A stretch of 64,000 nt of DNA from an uncultured Nitrososphaerales archaeon (lineage in GTDB: Archaea; Thermoproteota; Nitrososphaeria; Nitrososphaerales; Gagatemarchaeaceae): the NCBI GenBank assembly GCA_963706445.1, contig OY970160.1:576001-640000 (forward strand), written 5' to 3'. Each line of letters opens with the position of its first letter. Positions within the stretch are counted from its first letter, which is position 1. Below the pieces are notes generated by a model. It had not been told where the DNA came from. It was given only the letters and a program-made list of their open reading frames with translations, and made no database searches. A program made the translations under genes and the position numbers. Shown here in pieces: positions 56,827 through 64,000 of the stretch.

Positions 56827-57131
56827 CCTTTCAGCAATCCTACAGCGAGTCCAAGGATGAAGGTAAGCGAAGAATAGGGAAGGTATCCCGCCACTCTTTG
56901 GGCGTCAGCCGTGAGGGCCGGCCCCGACTTGTACAGGGAGAGCAACGGCTGAATCACCTGATTGGGACTGATTATCCCGGCCGCGATGAGGATGACAGCG
57001 ACTATCGCCAGAGCTATCCCTATTTTGATGGCGCTCCTGATTATCACCCCGATGATGAAGCCGAGGACGAGGGGGAGGATGGCCGCCACTAGGAAGGTGG
57101 TCGAAAGATCGGGGGGGAGGAAATTGACCAT
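56823..57131 (-). CDS. FUN14-like small membrane protein
   Basis: GFIIG..I...IKI and C-terminal F.LGLAVGLLKG. Confidence 0.6.
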   Translation of the reverse strand: MVNFLPPDLSTTFLVAAILPLVLGFIIGVIIRSAIKIGIALAIVAVILIAAGIISPNQVIQPLLSLYKSGPALTADAQRVAGYLPYSSLTFILGLAVGLLKG

Positions 57132-57163
57132 ACGCCTGTTCTGTTTGCTGGTCTTAAGAAGGT

Positions 57164-58399
57164 ATGTCCTATACCTCGGCCAGAAATCCATTGATTTCGG
57201 GTGTTACATCCAGTCGTAGGGCTCTCATCGCGTCCATGTTTACCTCGTTCGCTGCTATCCTTTTCAGCGCTTATTTTCACTCCGGGGGTTTCAACGCGCC
57301 CTACACAGACATCCTGTCGTTCTTCCAGAGGGATTGGGTCGCGGCGGGGCAGATTCCCTATACGCCCGGTGCTTTCCTAGAGTACCCTCCAGTCTCGGGT
57401 ATGATCCTCTATGCTTCTCGTGTATTGGGAGGGTTCATCGCGGGTAGTGCTGGTGGCATATACGCAGGTTATTATGACTCATTCAGTCTGCTAAGCCTTT
57501 TCGCGGCCGTTGGCATCGCTTGGTCTACCTGGAGGCTGGCGGGCGGCCTCGGCGTGCGTCTGAACCCCCTGTACTTCCTACTGCCGAGCATGCTCATCTA
57601 CGGAGTTTACAATTTCGACCTGTTCAACGCCCTTTTCGTAGTTCTTTGCCTTCAATTCTTCGTAGAGAAACGCAGAGGTTGGTCTGCCGCTTTCATGGGG
57701 TTCGCAATTGCTACGAAGGTCGTGGCCGGAGTCCTGCTTCCCGTCTTCCTATTCGAGCTGGTCGATTGGAAGGATAGGATGAACTACCTCATAGTCTCGC
57801 TTCTCGTGGCTGCCTCCACTCTTGTCCCAATCGCGATCTTCAATTTCGGATACTTCAGCCAGTTCCTTTCATACTATTCGGGCTGGGGGCTTGAGGACGC
57901 CTGGTACATCTGGATATTCGGGAGCCCGTTTTCCCAACCTGCCAGGATATTCGGCATTATCTTGCTAGCGGTGCTCCTCGCCAGGGTTTACACCTTGAAG
58001 ATGCCATTAATCCAGAAGAGCTTTCTGGCGCTATCAGCCTATCTTCTTTCGTCGACGATATTCGCGCCCCAGTTCACGGTGATGCTCGTCCCAATCGTCG
58101 CCGTGCTAGCCCTTAACTCCCCTTGGCTCTACAGCATGGAGGTTTTCAACTCACTCATCATCTTGACTTGGTTCACTGTCCCCAACCCCACCCAAGCGTG
58201 GACCGTGCCCCAGGCCGCAGCGCTGGTCAGGTCGGCGTCCCTGGCGCTGCTAGCCTTGTCGGTCGCTGCGGGGTCGGGGCACTCGTTCCTTGGCTGGCTA
58301 AGAGTACGGTTGGGATCTCAAAAGACCCTCGACGGCTTTCTTGGGGAGGGGGGCCCAAAGGTGGCTGCGGGTTCCAAGCCGAGACTGGAATCACAATGA
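57164..58399 (+). CDS. GT-C glycosyltransferase (GT87/DUF2029-like)
   Basis: YTDI, PY....LEYPP, NFD, G.A...K and PQF motifs; multi-TM. Confidence 0.85.
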   Translation: MSYTSARNPLISGVTSSRRALIASMFTSFAAILFSAYFHSGGFNAPYTDILSFFQRDWVAAGQIPYTPGAFLEYPPVSGMILYASRVLGGFIAGSAGGIYAGYYDSFSLLSLFAAVGIAWSTWRLAGGLGVRLNPLYFLLPSMLIYGVYNFDLFNALFVVLCLQFFVEKRRGWSAAFMGFAIATKVVAGVLLPVFLFELVDWKDRMNYLIVSLLVAASTLVPIAIFNFGYFSQFLSYYSGWGLEDAWYIWIFGSPFSQPARIFGIILLAVLLARVYTLKMPLIQKSFLALSAYLLSSTIFAPQFTVMLVPIVAVLALNSPWLYSMEVFNSLIILTWFTVPNPTQAWTVPQAAALVRSASLALLALSVAAGSGHSFLGWLRVRLGSQKTLDGFLGEGGPKVAAGSKPRLESQ

Positions 58400-58476
58400 C
58401 AATGCCAAATGCGCCAAGCCCATTTCGACATCATGCGGGCCAAGGCCCTCGAAATCGAACGTCTTTGCGCTTTGCG

Positions 58477-60468
58477 CTAGTGGCCAATCAGAACTCGAAG
58501 CCAGTCTGGGAGGAACCCCTTCTCAGGGAAGTAGATGAAGAAGAAGACGAAGGTCATGACGACATATACCACCATGAGCCACCTAGGGAACCAGGACCTC
58601 GTCACCCAGTAGGATGCTCCCACCGCGATGGCTGGCACGGCCGGGAGGAAATAGAAGGGGTAGGTGACTCTGCCTGCAAGCAACAGAAACAGGTAAGGCA
58701 CATAGGACCATGCGAACAGGATGAGCGCAAACGACGCCAACCTCAGGTCTCCGGGAAGGGTGGAGGAAGCGTTGAACTGTTCTGGGGCCACGAATTGGTC
58801 CATGACCTGCTGCTTTCTCTTGAACTGGGAGTAAAGCGCGTAGGCGACTAGCGGTATCCACACATAGATCGTCCACGTTTCGAGGAAGTTGGTGACCCCG
58901 TAGTAGGCAAGGGCGACATACGAATAGGACCCTCCCTGGCAGACGCCGTTGACCGAGTTGGGACAGACGCTGACCGATGTCGCATAGTATGCAACAGGAC
59001 TGTAGTAGACGACCCAGTCGGTGGGAAGTATGGGGGGCCCGCCGGGGTCGTTGGCAAACTTGCACCAGTAGCCAGTCGTGGGCGAACAGGCGAGCTTGTC
59101 CGCGATAAGAGAGGAGCCGTAGCAGAAGATGTAGCCCATTTGCTGGACGAAGCTGCTCCCGTTCATCGGGCAGGATTGGGTCCCAGGGAGGGAGGGAGAG
59201 ACAAGGACGGAGTCGTAGGCCTCGAGTCCCGCAACGAAGACAAGCCCTACGACGAGCGCCACCTTCAGGATGGCGAAGGAACGGTGTCGCAGCCTGCCTT
59301 CGTCGAACAGTAGGATGTATGTCAAGAGCGCCAGTGCCAAGAATACGGCTGTCTCCTTGGCCAGGCCAGCCAGTCCCATGAGGACCCCTGATATCACGTA
59401 CTTGTCGAACTTCCAGAACCTCAGCCCTGCGAAATACGCGAAGAAAGCTGCAAGAGCGAAGAAGATCTCCGGGATGTCCAGCAGGGCGGCGCTCGCCTGG
59501 GAGAAGAACATCACGTCAAGGGCCAGCAGGATGGCAGACAGATACGCCAACCTCTTGCTCCCAGAAACCTTCCAGGCTATGCCGAAGAGTATAGGGATGC
59601 TGAAGGTGCCTAGGAGGGCAGGCATGAACCTCCAACCTACTGCGCTGAACTCCCCGAAGATAGCCATCCCTGCCGCCAGCAGGCCTGGGACAAGCCAGGG
59701 GTGCTCGAGATGGCAGTCGGTCGGGGCGTTGTTACCCGTGGAGCACTGCTGTCCGTTGTAGATGGCCATGCCCTCGGGAACGTAGAATATCTCGTCCATG
59801 ATACATCCATATTCGGCGGGCGAGCTCGTCTTGTAGCAGTTGAGAGACTGATACGAAACGCTCAGGCTAGTAACGTTGCTGCCGACCGTCCAGGTCCCCG
59901 TCACCGAATCCTCCGGCGAGAGGGGGGACTGATAGGTGGGGGGTGGTGCGAAGCCTACCCCTGTAAGGCGGGATGACGCAACCACTTCGGGGTTCACTAT
60001 TGCGTCGGAGCCGGATGCCGTGACTGTGACGTTTAGATGTCCCTGTGAAAATGAGGAGGTAACAGTCAACAGAGGGTTGCCCGAGCTGTCCTTGTCCACA
60101 GACACCAGCTGTACCCCTACAGCCCCAGAAACTGGGACCCTGTTGTCGCTGGCAGGAGGACTTCCGATCAGGTAGGTGTGAGCCAGCAGTACGATCAGGG
60201 TTATCCCCACCACGAAGAGGATGGCCCTTCGGTGCTGTGGGAACGCCTTCCAGGAATACATGACAACGCCAAGAAGCGACGCGACGGTGAACCCCCCAAG
60301 GGCGAAAGCGAGAATCTCGGCCGGCAGAATGATGGCACCGCTTCCAATCGCAGCATGGAGGTAGATCAGAAGAAGAAGGAGAGCGAGAGAGGCGAACGTT
60401 CCAGTAACAAGCCATCGGAGCAGGCCCCGTCCCCGTGAGGAGCTCGACGAAGGCCCAGCAACCTCCAT
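58477..60468 (-). CDS. PMT/GT39-like dolichyl-phosphate-sugar protein glycosyltransferase
   Basis: MDEIFY, EHP, GWRF, LLD and Y.FYFLP motifs; multi-TM. Confidence 0.85.
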   Translation of the reverse strand: MEVAGPSSSSSRGRGLLRWLVTGTFASLALLLLLIYLHAAIGSGAIILPAEILAFALGGFTVASLLGVVMYSWKAFPQHRRAILFVVGITLIVLLAHTYLIGSPPASDNRVPVSGAVGVQLVSVDKDSSGNPLLTVTSSFSQGHLNVTVTASGSDAIVNPEVVASSRLTGVGFAPPPTYQSPLSPEDSVTGTWTVGSNVTSLSVSYQSLNCYKTSSPAEYGCIMDEIFYVPEGMAIYNGQQCSTGNNAPTDCHLEHPWLVPGLLAAGMAIFGEFSAVGWRFMPALLGTFSIPILFGIAWKVSGSKRLAYLSAILLALDVMFFSQASAALLDIPEIFFALAAFFAYFAGLRFWKFDKYVISGVLMGLAGLAKETAVFLALALLTYILLFDEGRLRHRSFAILKVALVVGLVFVAGLEAYDSVLVSPSLPGTQSCPMNGSSFVQQMGYIFCYGSSLIADKLACSPTTGYWCKFANDPGGPPILPTDWVVYYSPVAYYATSVSVCPNSVNGVCQGGSYSYVALAYYGVTNFLETWTIYVWIPLVAYALYSQFKRKQQVMDQFVAPEQFNASSTLPGDLRLASFALILFAWSYVPYLFLLLAGRVTYPFYFLPAVPAIAVGASYWVTRSWFPRWLMVVYVVMTFVFFFIYFPEKGFLPDWLRVLIGH

Positions 60469-60599
60469 GGTCAGGCTTTTCAGGGCATACTAAAAAAGGT
60501 CATCAGGCGTTCCTCTTCCATGTTCACAAGAGATCTAGTGAATCGTCCCGGAATCCTAGACCGTACCACTGGTGGGGCAGCCCGGAAGATTTGATAACG

Positions 60600-60977
60600 T
60601 CAGTAAGCCCCAGATGGCCTAAAGAGGCCAAGGCCTCGGACGAACCCAAAGGCCTGTTGGAGGGAAGCTTTCTCGACGATGGTTACTTCTTCAACTGGTA
60701 TCTTCCTGTCCCAGAACTGCTCCAGGATCGCGCGTTTCACAACTATCCATCCTATTTCTCCGAGGAGACTTGTCAGCGCCTTCTCAAGTTTAGAAGGGTC
60801 CATGCTCGCCTGCTCAAGAGACAAGCCATACCTGTTCGACATGTGGTATAGCACAGTTCTCTTTCCGTCTTCATTGAAGATGGCTGTCAGAGCGGAGTCT
60901 AGCTTCGTGACTACCTCAGAAATGTCCTGTCTTTGCAAAGATCCGGACTGACCGGAGGGGCCACGAAATAGGTTCAC
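60600..60977 (-). CDS. DUF3227-like small helical output-domain protein
   Basis: L..IF.E.G...VLYH....YGL......DP..LEKAL..LLG pattern. Confidence 0.6.
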   Translation of the reverse strand: MNLFRGPSGQSGSLQRQDISEVVTKLDSALTAIFNEDGKRTVLYHMSNRYGLSLEQASMDPSKLEKALTSLLGEIGWIVVKRAILEQFWDRKIPVEEVTIVEKASLQQAFGFVRGLGLFRPSGAY

Positions 60978-61064
60978 AGTACAAGCTTCTGACCTCCCTA
61001 ATTAGTAATTGTGGATTCGAGATTAGTATGCGGGATTCTATTCGGGGCTAGAAGGAGGTCTCGG

Positions 61065-61256
61065 CTAGTTTTCTCGCTTCTTTCGCTTGAATTCCACATC
61101 CGTTCTCCTTCGCAGATAATCCTGGACCGCCACGTTCAGCAGCTCCTGCAGGGTGATGTCTTCGTCTATGGCCCTCTTCTTGGCACGCTTCCAAAGCTCC
61201 TCGTCAACCTTAAGCGACGTCACTATGAACGGCTTTGCCATGGCCCGTGCTGTCAT
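61065..61256 (-). CDS. ribbon-helix-helix DNA-binding protein
   Basis: VTSLKVDEELW...AI..DITLQELLN.AV.DYL. Start ATG 61256 or 61241. Confidence 0.82.
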   Translation of the reverse strand: MTARAMAKPFIVTSLKVDEELWKRAKKRAIDEDITLQELLNVAVQDYLRRRTDVEFKRKKREN

Positions 61257-61347
61257 GATAGTAGTATTTAGATGATGTAGTATTCGTAGACAAATAGATC
61301 CAGAATCAGTAATGCATATATAGAACGGACAGGCCAGTTCGCTCAAG

Positions 61348-61692
61348 ATGTCAATAACAGAGTCCTACGTCTCGGTCCAGATCGAGAACGCGGGGTCGAA
61401 GAAGACTCCGGCTCGAAGGTCTGAACTCGAGATCAAGATGGACGTGCTGCAAGTAGTGTCGCAGGGCATCGACAGGCCAACCCAGATCATGTACAAGGCA
61501 AATCTGTCCTGGATGGCGCTGCAGGAGAACCTGAAGTCTCTGGTCGCCAGGGCCTTCCTCAAGGAAGAGACCCTTGGGCCTAGACGCAGGTACGAGCTCA
61601 CGCAGAGTGGGTACGAAATACTGTGCACCTTCCGGACTGTCCTTGAATCAATGGGGGCCGCCCCCGTAGTGCAGAAGCAAATCTCGTTCTGA
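61348..61692 (+). CDS. winged-helix regulator (HTH_45-like)
   Basis: RRSELEI..DVL...PTQIMYKANLSW...YELT..G pattern. Confidence 0.88.
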   Translation: MSITESYVSVQIENAGSKKTPARRSELEIKMDVLQVVSQGIDRPTQIMYKANLSWMALQENLKSLVARAFLKEETLGPRRRYELTQSGYEILCTFRTVLESMGAAPVVQKQISF

Positions 61693-61820
61693 GCAAAGCC
61701 ATCAAAAAAGTTCACGGGCTCAGAGGACCTTCTGCACCATTTTTGAATTTGCACGAATCGACTTTCATCCGATTCCAACCTCCAAGGCTTAAGTAGAGTT
61801 TCTTGAGAGCCGCGTTTCGG

Positions 61821-62603
61821 ATGACGACGGACCGGGACAAGGACGTAATGGTCTACCGGTTTGACCCCAAGAAGAAGTTCTTTCTGGCATCCCTACATCT
61901 TGAGAATAAACCTGGTGCCCTCGGGAACCTCGCAAACCTCCTGGGCATCCGGGGGATCAACATCCTGGAAGGATTCTTCGGGGGGATGACATACAACGAG
62001 AGAGCTACGGTCAGCTTCTTCCTGGAGAGCAGCAACCCGCAGATGGATGAAAGATGGCTCAAGGACTTCCTTGAATCGTCTGTGTATGTTTCCGATGTGG
62101 AGGTAAAGGCTGGTGTGGAGGGCTTCCTGACCGATTCAATAAACTTCCCAATCACATGGAACAATGGAGACAGAGCGGTCCTCATGCGGGTCGAGGGGCT
62201 CAGGGTCATGCTCGACGCGGTCAAGCTCGCAGACCCCAAAACGGGGGAAGCTGACATCTATCAGCAGGGGCTGAGCTACGGCAAGGCGGCCTGGCACAAT
62301 CTAATGGATATCCACCATCCGAAGACCAGAGAAGGTCTCGTGGAGATGTTGAAGATCTACAGCGCCACGGGCTGGTGTAGGGCTGAGCTCTCCGAACTCA
62401 ACGTGCCACGCTTGCAGGCCCGAGTAAAGATGACCGACGCCTTCGAAAGCTCGGGTCTTTCGACTGGAAAAGCTGAATGCTATTTCACCGGCGGCCATCT
62501 AGCCGGAGCCTTCTCGGCTTACTTTGGGGCCGACGTAAGGGCCCTCGAGACGAAGTGCACGTCCAAGGGAGACTCGCACTGCGAATTCGAAATCTCTTCG
62601 TAG
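61821..62603 (+). CDS. ACT + V4R domain protein
   Basis: ENKPGAL..L...GINI (ACT) and C.F..G.LAG...ETKC.SKGD.HCEF (V4R). Confidence 0.88.
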   Translation: MTTDRDKDVMVYRFDPKKKFFLASLHLENKPGALGNLANLLGIRGINILEGFFGGMTYNERATVSFFLESSNPQMDERWLKDFLESSVYVSDVEVKAGVEGFLTDSINFPITWNNGDRAVLMRVEGLRVMLDAVKLADPKTGEADIYQQGLSYGKAAWHNLMDIHHPKTREGLVEMLKIYSATGWCRAELSELNVPRLQARVKMTDAFESSGLSTGKAECYFTGGHLAGAFSAYFGADVRALETKCTSKGDSHCEFEISS

Positions 62604-62604
62604 C

Positions 62605-63999
62605 CTAGGTGTTCTTCTGGACGACGAACTGGCTCCCCTGGAAACTAACTATGTTGGAGTAGAGGCTCTTCACTATGTTGACCTCCCTTTCAGAATGGGC
62701 TCCGGCGGTCATGAGGAAGACAGCGGTGACATGGTGGGTGTTGAGCATCTCGTTAGCCTGCTTGAGGAACTTGTAGGTGACCTCCAGCCCCGACGAGAGG
62801 ATCAGGTCCGACACGCTGTCGAAGACGACCCCGAACTTCAGGTCGGGATTCGAGGTTATGGCCTTGTCGAGGACGTTGAGGAGGACAGACTGGTCGGCTG
62901 AAGGGACGAGCACCTCGTCAGGTCTTTCGCCCGGCTTGGGATAGGAAACCTTCCTGGTCATGGTGAAGAATCTTACGTTGGCCATCCCAGTAAGCGCGGA
63001 GTAGATCGGGCTCCCGGCCGCCGTGAAGGCGAACACCACCCTCTCGGTGGACCCAAGCTCGTTGGCGAAGTCCTTGATGGGCCCCTCGAACATAGAAGAG
63101 GAATCGACTTCCAGGAGGAATACGCGCCCCACCACCGCTTCCGTCTTGAGCCCTATCCTCGCAGAGAAAGTCGTCCCAGGGGGTGCGATGCCCGTCGCCG
63201 CGATTCCCGGTTGGAAGAAGGCCGAGAGGAGGGTCGCCCGCCTGAAGGTGGCCGCAGTCGCTGAGAAGGCAGCAGCGGCGAACAGATACCCCACGGCGCT
63301 CGCGTCGATCCCCTGGTTCAGCAGGTAGCCGTTGAAGATGAGCAGGTCGACTCCGATCCCGACCCAGGCGATGGGGAGTATGGTGAACGCCCTCCTTACT
63401 TGGCTGTCTCCAGTCCTGCGCCTGGCGACTATGAGGAGTCCTGAAGGATAGGCTAGGAATATGAGGAGGATCCCGAGGAGCATGTCCAGGTACTGCGGGT
63501 CGAACTGAGTCGCCACCTCGGTGGAACCGACGAGGGTGTGAAGGATCTGCGCCTGGAATGCGGTATGCACCGCCAGCAGGTACCCTTCGGCTATGATGAT
63601 GTAGGTCGCGTAGACTATCAGCATTGTCGCTCCCAGCTGATGCTTCCCTACCTCACGCAGGATGTCACTCATCTTCCTCCCGTTCGGCCGGTAGTATATC
63701 GCAACGGCGACGAGAGTGAGCAGGAAGACATCCGCAAGCACGAAGGTCGTGTTCGAGATTGTATACACCGTCAGAAACGCGTTGGTTAGTGAGGACAGGC
63801 AGGACAAGGACACGCAGCCGGAAGGGACGGGGACGAAGGTCCTGGCGAACTCTAGCGACACGACGCCCATGTAGAAGAGGTGGACCATGACCAGCAGGTT
63901 CCTCACCTGCGGATACTCAGTCGTCTTCTGCCTGTATACGTAGACCGCCGAGGTCCCCGTGATAAGGAGGGTGATCAGGTGTATTGCTGGAATCAGCAG
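62605..63999 (-). CDS. multi-TM sensor fused to an inactive KaiC-like (DUF835-type) domain; 5' end off the window
   Basis: Frame is open to the window edge. TM region then VVFDSVSDLIL..G...YKFL, with no Walker A. Confidence 0.75.
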   Translation of the reverse strand: MLIPAIHLITLLITGTSAVYVYRQKTTEYPQVRNLLVMVHLFYMGVVSLEFARTFVPVPSGCVSLSCLSSLTNAFLTVYTISNTTFVLADVFLLTLVAVAIYYRPNGRKMSDILREVGKHQLGATMLIVYATYIIIAEGYLLAVHTAFQAQILHTLVGSTEVATQFDPQYLDMLLGILLIFLAYPSGLLIVARRRTGDSQVRRAFTILPIAWVGIGVDLLIFNGYLLNQGIDASAVGYLFAAAAFSATAATFRRATLLSAFFQPGIAATGIAPPGTTFSARIGLKTEAVVGRVFLLEVDSSSMFEGPIKDFANELGSTERVVFAFTAAGSPIYSALTGMANVRFFTMTRKVSYPKPGERPDEVLVPSADQSVLLNVLDKAITSNPDLKFGVVFDSVSDLILSSGLEVTYKFLKQANEMLNTHHVTAVFLMTAGAHSEREVNIVKSLYSNIVSFQGSQFVVQKNT

Positions 64000-64000
64000 G

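Noticed and set aside
1-64000. Numerous antisense and alternative-frame ORFs in the track (e.g. 22256-22912, 18361-19140, 25324-26007, 58123-58851)
   Set aside because: They are shadows of well-supported genes in GC-rich DNA and carry no motifs.
1-64000. CRISPR array, rRNA, integrase, transposase or provirus
   Set aside because: No regularly spaced repeats, rRNA signatures, or recombinase/transposase/capsid motifs were seen.

Overview
GC-rich (roughly 60% by eye) archaeal chromosomal segment. The gene set includes thaumarchaeal-type CdvB/CdvC, Alba, aTGT, deoxyhypusine synthase, eL40/eL38 and a heme-copper oxidase with a cupredoxin, and no amo genes occur in this window. This suggests a non-ammonia-oxidising, probably acid-adapted heterotrophic Nitrososphaerota; the taxon is inferred, not proven. 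Most of the window is housekeeping: msrA, dys, K+-independent hppA, coxB-coxA/C-coxD, cysS, ileS, aspS, sucCD, rnhA, tgtA and nnrD. Genes missing from the supplied ORF track are a 50-aa DUF5679-like protein, rpl40e, an intron-containing tRNA-Val(CAC) and a TRAM protein with no canonical start codon. Main leads: (1) a divergent five-gene module lying between two ESCRT-III genes, encoding a PycTM-like membrane effector, two KaiC/RAD55 ATPases, a multi-TM protein and a CpdA-like phosphoesterase; (2) an internally deleted, free-standing LAGLIDADG-like gene beside cdvC, whose conserved 3' part is synonymously AT-shifted, suggesting intron-less homing into a cell-division gene; (3) two highly structured intergenic RNA candidates; (4) an A1-type oxidase lacking the K-channel Thr/Lys; (5) several ACG/CTG starts; (6) several genes collapsed by internal deletion. 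All family assignments come from motif recognition by eye; no searches were run.
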